A DNA stretch of 64,000 nucleotides, from positions 5,923,344-5,987,343 of the forward strand of contig NC_057749.1 of NCBI RefSeq assembly GCF_004010195.1, in the 5' to 3' direction. Of the stretch, positions 1 to 13,235 are shown one piece after another. Each line of letters starts with the position of its first letter. Positions within the stretch are counted from its first letter, which is position 1. A program made the position numbers and the translations under genes. The stretch is from Chiloscyllium plagiosum (taxonomy: Eukaryota). The notes under the pieces are model-generated. The model was not told the DNA's origin and did no database searches. It saw only the letters and a list, made by a program, of their open reading frames with translations.

Positions 1-139
1 GACACCGCGTCTCCTTCTCCAAGGACACCCCGGGCCCTAACGTAACCGCGGAAGAGGGGCAGGCAGTCAGCCCTAACGACCCCCTCCACAAATCCCCTGT
101 TTATTTTTTTTTCTCTTTTTTTTCTTTTTTTCTTTTAAA

Positions 140-212
140 TCCCCTGTTTATATCAGTTAGCAGAACTCCCTGATTGGTCCAGTCATTAAGATCCACTGGT
201 TCCAATCACACA
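140..212 (-). mobile_element. Fragment of solo-LTR-like family L1
   Basis: cctgtttatatcagttagc...ctccctgattgg...tccaatcacaca resembles 32330-32445. Confidence 0.4.
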
Positions 213-699
213 ACCTCAAATATTGTTTCTTAAGCAGCTGCATAAATAGTGCTTGCAATGAGTTTCTTGTTTTCAAACATGCAATGGTCCTCCAGCCATT
301 CTTCATTATGAGGAGTTCTGGTTCTGGTTCTAGTTCAGATATGCTCTTTGTAAATGTGATCAGCAGTGGGAGGCCCTGGTAATTCAACTAGCCTTGTGAG
401 CCAGTGACTTGGCCATTCTTCTCATCAGGAATACCCTACTATGAGATAATGTCTCTGGGGCTCTAGAATACTGGGTCCAAAACATGGGATTGTTAACATG
501 ACTGATAATATTTTGCCTTCGGTTTTCCGCTTAGTAACCTGGTGTCACATTAGTTATAATGCCCTAATGATCACCCTTCTAGACTGATTGATTAATTCTA
601 TGTGTTAGTCTATTTGGTTCAAATAGAGCATCCTGGCTGTTGTTAGAATTTTAACTCATACCATGCTTTTGGATTTTAAGCGTAAAATGTATAGTTAGT

Positions 700-935
700 C
701 TCTCTAATGGTTGATGTGACAGCTATCATTGATTATTGCAAAAATAAATCTGATTCACGAAAGTTCTTTGGGAAACCTGCTGATTTGTGGTGCTGGACTG
801 GCCTGCATGTGATTCCAGATCCATGTCAATATGTTTGACCGTTAACTGTCCTCTGAAGTTGCCTGGCAAGTGAGTCAATTCAAGGGCAGTTATGGATGCG
901 CTGTCAGCTTCCCATGAAAGAATAAAGAAGGGGAA
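700..935 (+). mobile_element. Old partial tRNA-derived SINE (family B)
   Basis: Similar to 38805-39135 and 39245-39612 (ctggcctgcatgtgattccagatcc...caattcaagggca). Confidence 0.55.
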
Positions 936-2302
936 AAAATAAGTTTGCTTGATTCCTTTGGGATGATGAACAGTAACTTCTAGAAACGTTTCTCCTAGTT
1001 GGCTGCAGAGTTTTGCCTTTTTACTACCTTTTCACAGAGACCATGTTAACAAGAATTAGAAGGCTGAGGTTCGGTTGCCTACTGGATATGATGACATGGT
1101 TAAGCCTAATCATCCTCACTTTCATTTTATTCTCACAGGTACTCATCCATCTTGATAGAGATGCAGTTTTTCCACATCTCCACTAATACAATTTGGCTGG
1201 CAATGACAGGACCAGGTGTTACTTTGCTTTTAAGAGAGTTCGCCTTTAAGCTCTCCATGTCCTGTGCATATACAATGTCATGACTCTGCCTGACAGTTAG
1301 TCTGCTATGTCATATACACAAGCCAAAACGAGTTGTTTCCCTCTAATGAACTGCTCCATAGCTTATGATGTGGTTTACTGTTTTAAATAAGCTCATCCAC
1401 AGAATTAATCGATCTATAATGGGTGATGATTAGACCATTATAACTAATTGGACACCAGGTATTAGGCAGAAGACTGAAGGTAAAATATTACCAGTCATGT
1501 TAACAATCCCAGGTTCTAGACCCAACATTCCAGAGCCCCGGAGCCATCATTGCACAGTAGGGTATTCCTGTTGTGAATAATCACATCTTTGATCAGTAGA
1601 ATATTCATTTGTGCAATTTAAGATTCAAACTGCTTTTTTTGTTTTGCTGTTATGTTAATGATGTATACCAACTATGAATTTAAGCGTCTTTGAATTATTA
1701 TTGTAATAAGACTTTATTTTATTTTTAGACTCTATAATATACTGGTATTCAGGTCCAGTGTACCAACTGTAGGCAGTCCATTATTTAGAAGGAATTTTTC
1801 AATTGTTTGTTAAGAAGCAGCAGTTTAGTTATAATACAATTGTTAATGAGACAGAAAAGTTGCATTACCCAAGACAATTGAGGATGGTTCACTGATAACA
1901 GAAGATGGTCAGGCTGTTGGCATGGAGTGTGTTGACCTCATTAAAGTTGCAGTGGCAGCATCTTGCTCTTTAGCCAAAGAGCTAGGGAGCTCTTCCTAGG
2001 GCAATTCACCTCCTCTTTTGTAGATCAGAAGGAGACAGTTGCTTGGTGAGCACGTCTACCTGACAGGGATTGTGTCCTGACCCTGAGTACTTGTTGATAT
2101 ATTCTATTTCTGGTGTTTTCTCTATGACAATCACCTATTTCAATCTTTCTATGAAATGGACATGGGACAACTACTCACAATTTCAGAATAGCTGATAGCC
2201 CCTTGCCCCCACCAGCTTGTATAATGTAAGAACAGACCTTTCTGTTCCTCCTGAACAACTTGATGACATGAGGTGTCAGTGACCAGGTAACTTTTGTATT
2301 TT

Positions 2303-2612
2303 GTAGAATCCTTACATTATGGAAAGAGGCTATTCCACTCACTGAGTCTGCACTGATCCTCCAAAGGGCACCCTCCCAGACCTATCTCCATAATCTTGCA
2401 TTTCCCATGGCTAACTCATCTAGCCTGCACAGGGCAATTTAGCATGGCCAATCCACCTAACTGCACATGTTTGGAGCATGGGAGGAAAGCAGAGTGCCTG
2501 GTTAGAAACCCAACAGACAACATACAAACTCCACACAGTCACCCAAAGCTGGAATTGATTCCAGGTCCCTGACACTGTGGGGCAGCAATGCTAACCACTG
2601 AGCCACTATGCC
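2303..2612 (-). mobile_element. HE1-like V-SINE
   Basis: Core caatttagcatggccaatccacctaa; reversed tRNA head ctaaccactgagccac. Confidence 0.85.
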
Positions 2613-2689
2613 ATCCTTTAACTTTACCTATGTTCCTGTTTGTTAGCATTGTTTACATTTACTGTAGCAACAGTTTTAAGAAGTGTCCT

Positions 2690-2775
2690 ACCAGACTCAA
2701 AACATTAACTCTGTTTCTCTCTCTTTAGATACTGCCAGACCTGCTGAGTTTCTCCAGCATTGTCTGGGTTTATTT
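2690..2775 (+). mobile_element. Old PLE terminal fragment (family D)
   Basis: aaaacattaactctgtttctctc...ctgccagacctgctgagtttctccagca, shared with 15630, 36175 and 57231. Confidence 0.6.
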
Positions 2776-3339
2776 TAAAAATCTTGTGCTACTCAGAACA
2801 TACCAGAGCAACTACAAAATATTTGGTTTCTCAAGGAATTCCATTTTCTAAGACCAGCACTTATAACCTACACTTTCGACAAAAGCATGACAAAAGTTTC
2901 CTAACTTGGGACATCTATGACTAGCAAGTGGGAGATTTCCTGAGACATTTTTGGGATTGATGTTGTTAGATCAGGTTTAATTTGTTCCTTTCAGAGCAAA
3001 GTTTGTGCCTTTATGCTGCAAATTCATCCAAAGTGTTCAATTCTCAAAATAAAGCAACTGTTAGAATAATCAATTCTAAAATGAGCAGTAGGTCAATCTA
3101 ACCATCAGCCTTTTAAAAGGTAAAATCTTGCAAAGAATGGTTTCATTTGGAAGCAACTTGCGGTTGATGTTTAGACCAACTCCTATGCAGATCTGAAAAT
3201 TCAGGCTGTCCATTGCAACTTAAAAATGGTTTCTAGATTCTTACAAGGGCAGAATTTATATTTGTCTGTATTAGAATGACTTCATCTGCAGGCACTTTTC
3301 CTTGTCGTTAAATCAAAAACAAGACTTGATTTCGAGCAT

Positions 3340-3600
3340 GCACTTATTATTGCCATAAAACTCACAGTATTCCGCTTCACTGCTTTTCATTCTGACAAAG
3401 TCTGAGCTTGTTCATTTGATCTTTTATTGTTTACAGCCTCATCCATTATTTCTTCACTTGTCTTAATACCACTCCATTTACCCATTTAATCACTCCTTTT
3501 CACAACCCTGTAGCTGTGCTTTTGTCCTCCAATACTGGCTCCTGAACAGCTCCAACTTTAATCGCTTTGGCAGCTATGCCTTAAGAAGCCATGGTCTGAA
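3340..3600 (+). mobile_element. Degenerate L2-like LINE 3' region
   Basis: Pyrimidine-rich, with L2-like ggcagctatgccttaag segment; interrupted by CR1. Confidence 0.35.
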
Positions 3601-3604
3601 GTGG

Positions 3605-4197
3605 ATAAGAGTGGGGAGGTCATATTGCAGCTTTACAGGGCATTAGTTAGGCCACTATTGGAATATTGTGTGCAGTTCTGGTCTCCCTGCTATTGGAAGG
3701 ATGTTGTAAACTTGAAAGGGTTCAGAAAACATTTACAAGGATGTTGCCAGGGCTAGAAGATTTGAACGATAGGGAGAGGTTGATTAGGCTGGGACTATTT
3801 TCCCTGGAGTGCCGGAGGCTGAGGGGTGACCTTATAGAGGTTTATAAAATCATGAGGAGCATGGGTAGGGTAAATAGACATGATCTTTTCCCTGGGGTGG
3901 AAAAGTCCAAAACTAGAGGGCATAGGTCTAAGGTGAGAAGGGAAAAATTTACAAGGGACCTAAGAGACAACTTTTTCATGCAGAGGATGGTGCATGTATG
4001 GGAAAAGCTGCCAGAGGAAGCGGTGGAGGTTGGCATGATTACAACATTTAAAATGCATCTGGATGAATATATGAATAGGAAGGCTTTAGAGGGATATGAG
4101 CAAAGAACTGGAAAATGGGACTGGATCAGTTTAGGATACCTGGTCGGCACGGATGAGTTGGACTGAGGGGTCTATTTCTGTGCAGTATGACTCTATG
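3605..4197 (+). mobile_element. CR1 LINE 3' fragment
   Basis: ORF2 C-terminus LERVQKTFTRMLPGL...FFMQRMVHVW; 3' UTR ending tgactctatg. Confidence 0.92.
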
Positions 4198-4700
4198 GTT
4201 GCCTCACAGCCTCTCCACCCTCTTTCCTCCATTTGAGATGCCTCTCCTTTTACTGCATTCAAAGACACTATACAAATATAATTTATATTTTGTCCTTTCT
4301 TTCCCTCTTTACCCTCACTCCGTTGGTTTTGGCTCTGCACTAAAATCTATTAAATCTCCATTTGCTTCCAGCTCTAAGGAAAGGTCAGTGATCTGAAACA
4401 TAACTCTTTTTACACACTCCACATATGCTGTGTGCCCTTGAGTGTTTCCAATGTATTCTGTTGTTACTCACGAAAGGTTGATACTGTATGCCAACCGAGA
4501 GGCAGATAATCAACAAACCTGTATTAGGTGGCTTTTGTTTGAAAGACCATATTAAACCTCGTCCTTGGTCACCTCAAGACAACAATTCACCGCATTGGAT
4601 GAATTGCAAGGAGAAATATTTCATTACTTAGCTTCACTACTCTCCAGCATTGCTGCTAAATTCAGGGATGTTCTTTAAAACTGTGAGTGGTTTTGACTGG

Positions 4701-5376
4701 ATAGACATAGAACATAGAAGAGTACAGGGTAGGAACGAGCCCTATGGTCCATGATGTTGTGCCAAACGTAATGGAAAATTAAACTAATCCCTTCTGCCTG
4801 CCATTACTCCATATTCCTCCATTCCTTGCATATTCATGTGCTTATCTAAATGTCCCTTAAACACCCCTATCGTACCTGCCTCCAGCACCATCCCTGACAG
4901 TGCCTTCCAGACTCCTATCACCCTCTGTGTAAAACTCATGCCCCCTCACATCTCCTTTAAACTTTCCTCCTTTCACCCTAAATAAACTCACCTGTGTTTT
5001 AGACATTTCAACTCCAAGGCAAAGGTCCTGACCGTCAACCCGACCTGTGAATCTCATAATTTGATAGACTTCCATCAAGTCTCCCCTCAGCCTCTGCTAC
5101 TCCAGAGAAAACAACCCATTTTTTTCTAGACTCATCTTATAGCTCATACCCTCTGATCCGGGCAGCATCCTGGTAAACCTCTTCTGCACCCTCTCCAAAA
5201 CCTCCACACTTCTCCTACAATGTCACGACCAGAATTAAATATAATATTCTAAATATAGCCTAACCAAAGTCTTTTCAAGCTGCACCATGCCATTCTGACT
5301 GTTTATTCAATACCCTGACCAATAAAGGCGAGCATGCCAGAAGTCTTCTTTGCCACCCTATCTACTTGCGTAGCCA
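4701..5376 (-). mobile_element. CR1 LINE 3' fragment (CTATGTT-tail subfamily) inside an older CR1
   Basis: Reversed tail catagaacatagaa and degenerate ORF2 end; an older + CR1 resumes at about 5377-5650. Confidence 0.85.
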
Positions 5377-5732
5377 TACAGTGGATTTTCCCATTTGGAG
5401 GGAAAATCAGATTTAGAGTCATACACGTAAGGTAGACAGTCATAAAACCAACAGTGAATTCAGCTTCTTTACCCAGAGAGATATTAGAATATGGAGCTCA
5501 TACCACAATGTGCTGTGGAGACAACTTTGAAGTTAAGAGAAAGCTAGAGAATTGTATTAGGGGTGAGTATAGATAAAGTCCAGCTTAGATGCAAAAACTA
5601 TGGAATGTAAACACCAGCATATACATATTGGGCCAAATGGCTGTGTTGTAAATATTTAATGTAATCATCATTAACCTTACAATGACAAGACTGTGGGAAA
5701 ACTGCTGGAAAATGGGAATAGAATAGTTAGGT

Positions 5733-5896
5733 GGTCAGGCAACATCCAAGGAGCAGGAGAATCGGCTTTTCGAGCATAAGCTCTTCATCAGTAATGCTTG
5801 AAGCTTCGATTCTCCTGCTCCTCGGATGCTGCCTGACCGGCTGTGCTTTTCCAGCACCACACTCTTCGATTCTGATCTGCAGTGCTCACGTTCTCC
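5733..5896. mobile_element. PLE-derived palindromic element, family A (degenerate)
   Basis: Inverted arms gtcaggcaacatccaaggagcaggagaatcg / cgattctcctgctcctcggatgctgcctgac. Confidence 0.8.
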
Positions 5897-6157
5897 CATA
5901 GAATCTTGAGGTGGCTATTTTGGACTGGCATGGAAATGATGAACCTTTTTCTGTGCTGTCCTTATGAATCCAATTTCTTTGCAATTTGTACTATTTCCTG
6001 ACCTCTAAATCCCACAATTTTTATCCACATTTTGTGTTTGAATAAGATAAATAGATAGAAGGAAATAGGTTTAAAGGGATATGGGCAAAGGACAGATACA
6101 TTAACAGTATAATGTATAGTGTTATGATCCTAATAGTGACAGATAGCTTTCAAAAAG

Positions 6158-6680
6158 AGAATATTGTGTGTAATTCTGGTCTCCCAATTTAGAAAGGATG
6201 TTGTGAAACTTGAAAAGGTTCAGAAAAGATTTACAAGGATGTTGCCAGGATTGGAATGTTTGAGCTACAGAGACAGGCTGAATAGTCTGGGGCTATTTTC
6301 CCTGGAATGGGGGTGACCTTATAGAGGTTTATAAAATCATGAGGGGCATGGATAGGGTAAATGGACCTGGTCTTTTCCCTGAGTTGGGGGAGTCCAGAAT
6401 GAGAGGGCATAGGTTTAGAGTGAGAGGGGAAAGATTTAAAAGGGACTTGAGGAACAATTTTTTCACACAGAGGGTGGTGTATGTATGGAATGGGTTGCCA
6501 GAGGAAGTGGTGGAGGTTGGTACAATTACAACACTTAAAAGGCATCTGGGTGGGTATATGAATTGGAAGGGTTTACAGGGATATGGGCCAAATGCTGGCA
6601 AATGGGACTAGATTAATTTAGAATATCTGGTTGGCACAGACATGTTAGATTGAAGGATGCTGTACATCTCTATGGCTCTA
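6158..6680 (+). mobile_element. CR1 LINE 3' fragment
   Basis: MRGMDRVN...FFTQRVVYVWNGLPEEVV...GKWD. Confidence 0.92.
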
Positions 6681-7344
6681 AATTTCCTGAAGAGAAAGAA
6701 AAAGGTAGGAAAGGGAAAGATTTTACATTTTAAGACATTTATGTAACAAACAAGCTCTAACTTATTAACTTATACTAACTTAATGTTAATTAACAATAAA
6801 CTATTACACCAAGGTAAAGAAAAGACATTTTCCTATTGCTATCCAATACAATTGAGATGGAGCTTATAATGTCTTTTGCTGTGAACTGCACTCTGGGAGG
6901 TGCTTGGCTTTACAAAAACAATTCCACTGTTGTTTCTGCTTCAGCAGCAAGCTCACATCATTCTATTACACCGGGTCAAAATGTTCACTGACTTCCAAAG
7001 GTCATTCCACTTAAGCTTGAGTCTTGCAGCTCTGACTTCCTACAGGAAGGCACATCTCAACAACTCGTTCTTTAAAAGCCTTTCTTTTTATAACAGAAAC
7101 AGAACAACTCTCACAAACACCCTGCGTTTTGTTCAATCATTCCTCCTACCTCTCCACAGCAGTAACTGCTTTTGCTTTTTCAGAGTACTTTTTGCTTTCT
7201 CCCTCTCTATGTCTCAAGAAGTACATTTCCTTTACTGTGCGGTAACTGTCACTTAACATTTCAGTCAGTAACTATTAGAATTTCTTTGTGGGTACCAGCC
7301 AGGTTACATCGACCTGCCTCTAAATGGAGGTGTCCAAATAAGAA

Positions 7345-7518
7345 CATAGCATAAGAACTAGGAGCAGGAGTAGACCATCTGCCTCCTTGAGCCCACTCCG
7401 CCATTAAATAAGACCATAGCTGATCATTTCGTGGCCTCAGCTCCACCTACCCACCCTCTCACCATAACCCTTAATTCCTTTACTATTCAAAAAATCTATC
7501 TTAGCTTTAAAAGCATTT
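7345..7518 (-). mobile_element. Older CR1 3' end
   Basis: Reversed tail agaacatagcataagaactaggagcaggagtagacc. Confidence 0.7.
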
Positions 7519-7696
7519 CCCAGATTTTATGTTTCACTTTGAATAAATAGAGACAGTTTAAAACATAATCGCCTTGTCAAGTCCAAGTGTTTGTAACAGG
7601 AGATAATCACCAATGTCAAAAGTAGTATTGCAGTTTGTAGTATTCCATGTTGTAATTCCCCACTAGTGGTGAAACCTGCAGTCACAGGATCAAAGA

Positions 7697-7822
7697 GTCA
7701 TAGAACCCCGACAGTGCGGAAGCAGGCCATTTGGCCCATTGAGTCCGCACCGACCCTCTGAAGAGCATCCCACCCAGACCCACCTCCGACCCTACCCCTG
7801 TCACCCTGCATTTCCCATGATA
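7697..7822 (-). mobile_element. HE1-like SINE 3' part
   Basis: acagtgcggaagcaggccatttggccca...cccacccagacc. Confidence 0.75.
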
Positions 7823-7879
7823 AGGACTAGAATGCGTGTCTGCATTTTCAGAGGAACACGTCATTGGAGCTTGCGTTTA

Positions 7880-8165
7880 AGTCTCTTTTAAGGTGTGATG
7901 GGAGAAATACAAAAGGGACATAGGAGCAGTTTGATCACACAGTAGGTGGTGAGTGTCTGGAACTGTGTGCCAGAGGTAGTGCTGGATGTGAGTACAATTT
8001 CACCATTTTAAGAAAAATTTGATGATGTACATGGATGGGATAAGGATGGAGGGATATGAACCAAACACAGGCAAACGGGACTAGTTCAATTGTGAAAACT
8101 GGGCGGCATGGATCAGTTGGGCTGAAGGGCTGTTTCCATGCTGTAAACCTCTATGACTCTATGAC
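7880..8165 (+). mobile_element. CR1 LINE 3' end
   Basis: Degenerate ORF2 end and ctatgactctatga tail. Confidence 0.8.
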
Positions 8166-8352
8166 ACTAATCCACCTCGTCTGCACATTCCTGGACACTA
8201 TGGGGCAATTTAGCATGGCCCATTCACCTAACCTGCACATCTTTGGACAGTGGGAAGAAACCGGAGCACCTGGAGGAAACTCCACTCAGATCATCCCCCT
8301 GGGGATGGAATTGAACCTGTGTCCCTGGCACTGTGAGGCAGCAGCACTAAGT
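8166..8352 (-). mobile_element. HE1-like SINE, partial
   Basis: gggcaatttagcatggcc...ctgtgaggcagcagcactaa. Confidence 0.8.
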
Positions 8353-8639
8353 ATGTTTTTTTCTTTGAATCTTCACATTCAATTTGTGCAACAGTCTCTT
8401 TTCTACTTCGTCAAATATATACCTCCAAAAACCAGATGTGCTCTGAAACTCCACAACTTGCCTCTAATTACTATCCACTCCTCTTCCTCAGTCTTGCTGA
8501 CTTCTATTGCCTGCATAACCATGTCAATTTTATCATCCTGTCTGTACGTCTGTGGTCTGTTTCTCCCTGCTCCGCCATTTTATTCAATCTTGCCGCTCTA
8601 CCCTCTCTGATCTATTTGTACGTAGACTGTAGATTGTCC

Positions 8640-9090
8640 TGTTTCCCCGCACAGTTCAAAGATGTGCAGGTTAGGTGGATAGGCCATGCCGCATAGTGTC
8701 CAGGTATGTGTGGGTGAGGTGGGTTAGCCATGGGGAATGCAAGGTTATAGGGATAGAGTATGGTGGGGGGTGGGGGGGTCTGGGTGGGATGTTCTTGAGA
8801 AGAGTTGGTGTGGACTCAATGGGCTGAAGTCTAGACCAGAGTGGTGCTGGAAAAGCACAGCAGGTCAGGCAGCATCCGAGGAGCAGAAAAATTGACGTTT
8901 CGGGCAAAAGCCCCGTCATTCCTGATGAAGGGCTTTTGCCCGAAATGTCGATTTTCCTGCTCCTCGGATGCTGCCTGACCTGCTGTGCTTTTCCAGCACC
9001 ACTGTAAGCTTGACTCTGATCTCCAGCATCTGCAGTCCTCACTTTTGCCTCATTGAGCTGAAGGGCCTGTTTTCTGCACTGTAGGGATGT
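8640..9090 (+). mobile_element. HE1-like SINE split by a PLE family A insertion
   Basis: caaagatgtgcaggttaggtgg...; resumes gaagggcctgttttctgcactgtaggga after 9063. Confidence 0.8.
8830..9048. mobile_element. PLE-derived palindromic element, family A, with hammerhead core
   Basis: CTGATGA(8922)-A-GGGC TTTT GCCC-GAAATGTC; TSD ctcaatgggctgaag 8815-8829 / ctcattgagctgaag 9049-9063. Confidence 0.85.
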
Positions 9091-9551
9091 TATTGACTGC
9101 AAAGCAACTTGAAGCTTCCAATGGTCATGAGAAAATTGTAACATAAATGGAAACCCTCCTTTTAAAAATTCCTTAACATGAACCATAATGATGAAAGCAT
9201 CATTGAAGAGTCCTGTGTTTATATCTCCAACCCCTGGTACTCGTTTCATTTCCTAACATTACACTGTCAAGCTCAATAATATTCCCTGTTAGCTTTCCTC
9301 AGTGGTGTCAAAAATATTCACAAAGACTAAAGAAAAAAAAGATATGAACAGGGAAAAACAAAAAGAATAATTTAATTCTCTTGATTTATAAAAGAGTTAA
9401 TGATGGCAAGGATTCATTTCTAAGAAACTGCTGGAATGGAATGAGGCAATCGTTATGCTCTTTGCAAGTAATTTTCCCTAAAGTGCTGCAGCAATCTTTG
9501 TCATTTCAACTGTGATCCTTCATTTGATTATTTCCAGTGGTGGCAAGATTA

Positions 9552-9861
9552 TTAGATTAGATTAGATTACTTACAGTGTGGAAACAGGCCCTTCGGCCCA
9601 ACAAGTCCACACCGCCCCGCCGAAGTGCACCCCACCCATACCCCTACATTTACCCCTTACCTAACCCTACGGGCTATTTAGCATGGCCAATTCACCTGAC
9701 CCTGCACATCTTTGTGACTGTGGGAAGAAACCGGAGCAAATCCACGCAGACACGGGGAGAACGTGCAAACTCCACACAGTCAGTCGCCTGAGGCGGGAAT
9801 TGAACCGGGTCTCCGGCGCTGTGAGGCAGCAGTGCTAACCACTGTGCCACTGTGCTGCCCA
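9552..9861 (-). mobile_element. HE1-like V-SINE, near full length
   Basis: (TTAGA)n tail, V-core and tRNA-derived head. Confidence 0.92.
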
Positions 9862-10329
9862 CCATAATGTTGCAAAGTGCCTGAGACCCTAAACAGTGAA
9901 AGAAGAATAAATAAAATAATATTGATTATCAAATGTATAGAGTTCTTGCAAAATAAACAACTTTGCTTGCTTGTTGAATGTAAAGATTGCAACACATTTT
10001 TTACTGATTAACTTCTGTTGTGCTCAAGAAGATAGATGACAGTGCTTGGAAATTAAATATTCTTGACACGTAAAGGATCAGTTTTTTATGTTTTTGAATA
10101 TGAGTTTCACCTTTCCACACCATGCGCCTGGTAATGAAACATGAGCCTAATGTCTGGTCCCAGTAGATAAAGTTGGGAGAACTCTTTATCCCATTCATTC
10201 TCATCTCCTGGCTTTTGCCACGTTTGGTGCAGAACCAGACAACTACAGGATGAAACTCTCTTTGAATTATCTCAGTCACGGACTAATGGTGTTCATTATG
10301 GGCTTCCTGTGGTTAACAGATATTTGGAA

Positions 10330-10671
10330 GCTCAGTAGTTAGCACTGTTACTTCACAGTGCCAGGGACCCGGGTTCGATTCTAGCCTCAGGTGATTGTCT
10401 CTGACGGGTATGCACATTCTCCCTGTGTTTATTTGGGTTCCCTCCAGGTGCCCTGGTTTCCTCCCACAGTCCAAAGATGTGCAGGTTGGGGTTGATTGGC
10501 CATGCTAAACTGCCCCATAGTGTGCAGGGATGTGTGGGCTAGATGGATTAGCCATGGGAAATGCAGGTTATGGGGATAGGATAGGGGGTGAATCTGCGTG
10601 GGATGCTCTTCGGAGGGTCAGTGTGGACTTGATGGGCTGAAAGGCCTGCTTCCACACTGTAGGGATTCTAT
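10330..10671 (+). mobile_element. HE1-like V-SINE
   Basis: gctcagtagttagcactg...gggttcgattc (A/B boxes), core and tail. Confidence 0.9.
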
Positions 10672-10739
10672 GGCATCACTCGGCAATACTTCTACTATGT
10701 GCTTTAAACCCATTTTCAACTTGACTGATTTGATTTTTT

Positions 10740-11068
10740 TTACTCATTCATGGGATGTGGGCAGCACTGACTGGGCCAATATTTATTGCCCATCCTTAAT
10801 TGCCCAGTGGGCAGTTAAAAGTCAACCAGATTGCTGTGGGTCTAGAGTCACATGAAGATCAGACCAGGTAGGGATGTAAGTTTCCTTCCCTAAAGGACAG
10901 TAGTGAACCAGATTGGCTTTTTCCTGACAATGGATTCATGGTCATCATTATTCCAGATTTCCAAATGCACCATCTGATGTAGCAGGATTCAAACCCATGT
11001 CCCCAGAACATTACCTGGGTCTCTGGATTAACAGTTCAATGATAATACCACTAGGCCATCATCTCCCC
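10740..11068 (-). mobile_element. tRNA-derived SINE (family B)
   Basis: Minus-strand head gatggcctagtggta...ggtttgaatcc; tail shared with the LINE at 21050 and 32685. Confidence 0.75.
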
Positions 11069-11387
11069 TTATATAAGCAGTGTTTCAAACACCAGTCATT
11101 CTATATTTTTGAGGTAGATGGGAGTTTATTGAAATCACCTTCTTCAGATGCATGCCTGAAGGCTGGTCCAACACTCAGTACCATGTCAACTACCGCCCAC
11201 CACCCACTCGCTCACCTCCCCCCTACCCCTCACCAAACTACCACCACCCCGCCCCTCCAGACAGGTAGGCAAGGAGACAGGAGTTGCGTCCATCCCAGCT
11301 AAGTCAAGGATATAATGCCTGGGCTCTTGGTACCAATCTGATTCACACTGATTACACATCTCAGCATCCCCCATCAAGGCAGTCTGA

Positions 11388-11401
11388 GTTGCTATGGCAA
11401 C
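11388..11401. promoter_or_regulatory. Candidate RFX X-box
   Basis: GTTGCTATGGCAAC, one base from the perfect palindromic X-box GTTGCCATGGCAAC. Confidence 0.3.
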
Positions 11402-11484
11402 ATGCATGTTTGTAATTTGGGGCTGTGAGTAGTCATAAAGCAGATGGGGAGACATCAAGTTACATAAAAACCTATAAGATTTTA

Positions 11485-13131
11485 TCAGAACTGGGAGAAG
11501 AATGGGGTACGAGATATCAGACTAAAAAGGATCGAGGTTAGTTATGCACAGGTGTTATCAATTCTAGAAGGAGTGAAAGTAGACAGGTCCCACGGGACGG
11601 ATGGGATTTATCCAAGGATTCTCTGGGAAGCTAGGGAGGAGATAGCAAAGCCTTTGGCTTTGATATTTGAGTCATCATTGTCTACAGGTTTAGTACCTGA
11701 GGACTGGAGGATTGCAAATGTTGTGCCCTTGTTCAAGAAGGACAGCAGTGATGACCCAGGTAATTATAGACCAGTGAGCTTACTTCTGTTGTAGGAAGGG
11801 ATTTGGAAAGGATTATAAGAGATAAGATTTATAATCATCTGGCAAGCAACAATTTGATTTCAGATAGTCAACATGGTTTCGTCAAGGGCAGGTCGTGTCT
11901 CACAAACCTCATTGAATTTTTTGAGAAGGTGACCAAGCATGTAGATGAGGGTAGAGTAGTTGATGTGGTATACATGGACTTCAGTAAAGCCTTTGATAAG
12001 GTTCCACATGGTAGACTGATGGAGAAAATGCAGAGGCATGGAATTGAGGGTGATTTAGCAGTTTGGATTAGAAACTGGCTTTCTGAAAGAAGACAGCGAG
12101 TGGTTGTTGATGGAAAATATTCAGTCTGGAGTCAGTTACTAGTGGTGTGCCACAAGAATCTGTTTTGGGACTACTGCTGTTTCTCAATTTTATAAATGAC
12201 TTAGACGCAAGCATAGGTGGATGGATTAGTAAATTTGCAGATGACACTAAACGTCGGTGGAGTAGTGGATAATTTGGAAGAATGTTACAGGTTACAGGGG
12301 AACTTGGATAAACTGCAGAATTGGGCTGAGAGGTGGCAAATGGAGTTCAATGCAGCTAAATGTGAGGTGATGCACTTTGGGAAGAATAACAGGAAGGCAG
12401 AGTACTGGGTCAATGGGAAGATTCTTGGTAGTGTGGATGTGCAGAGGGATCTTGGAGTCCATGTACATAGATCCCTGAAAGTTTCCACCCAGGTGGATAG
12501 TGCTGTTAAGAAGGCATACGATGTGTTAGGTTTCATTTGTAGAGGGATTGAGTTCCGGAATCGTAATATCATGCTGCAACTATACAAAACGCTGCTGCGG
12601 CCACACTTGGAATATTGTGTACAGTTCTGGTCGCCCCATTACAGGAAGGATGTGGAAGCATTGTAAAGGGTGCAGAGGAGATTTACCAGGATGTTGCCTG
12701 GTCTGAAGGGAAGGTCTTATGAGGAAAGGCTGAGAGACTTGGGTCTGTTCTCATTGGAAAGAAAAAGGCAATGGGGGGGATTTGATAGAGACATACAAGG
12801 TGATCAGAGGATTAGATAGGGTAGACAGTGAAAGACTTTTTCTTAGGATGATGATGTCAGCTTGTACGAGAGGGCATCACTATAAATTGAGGGGTGATAG
12901 ATTTAAGACAGATGTCAGAGGCAGGTTCTTTACGCAGAGAGTGGTAAGGGCGTGGAATGCCCTACCTGCTAATGTAGTCAACTCAGCCACATTAGGGAGA
13001 TTTAAACAATCCTTAGATATGCACATGGATGATTTTGGGATAGTGTAGGGGGACGAGCTGAGAATGGTTCACAGGTCGGCATAACATTGAGGGCCAAAGG
13101 GCCTGTTCTGCGCTGTATTGTTCTATGTTCA
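11485..13131 (+). mobile_element. CR1 LINE, 5'-truncated, frameshifted reverse transcriptase
   Basis: NYRPVSL, QHGFVKGRSCLTNL, YMDFSKAFDKVPH, KFADD region and FFTQRVV in broken frames; ctatgttc tail. Confidence 0.95.
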
Positions 13132-13235
13132 AACATTAGAGGCAGGATGGATGATGCTTGGGGGAGGGGGTCAAAAACCAGATCATAGTTTAAGGATAAG
13201 GGACTTTTTAGGACTGAACTGAGGAGAGCCTTTTT

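Noticed and set aside
1..89. GC/CpG-richer start as a promoter
   Set aside because: Too short, cut by the window edge, and probably intronic.
4881..4904. REST/NRSE-like TCCAGCACC...TGACAGTGCC
   Set aside because: Non-canonical spacing and embedded in ordinary CR1 sequence.
9552..9861. tRNA genes at SINE heads
   Set aside because: A/B boxes belong to tRNA-derived SINEs; no complete cloverleaf.
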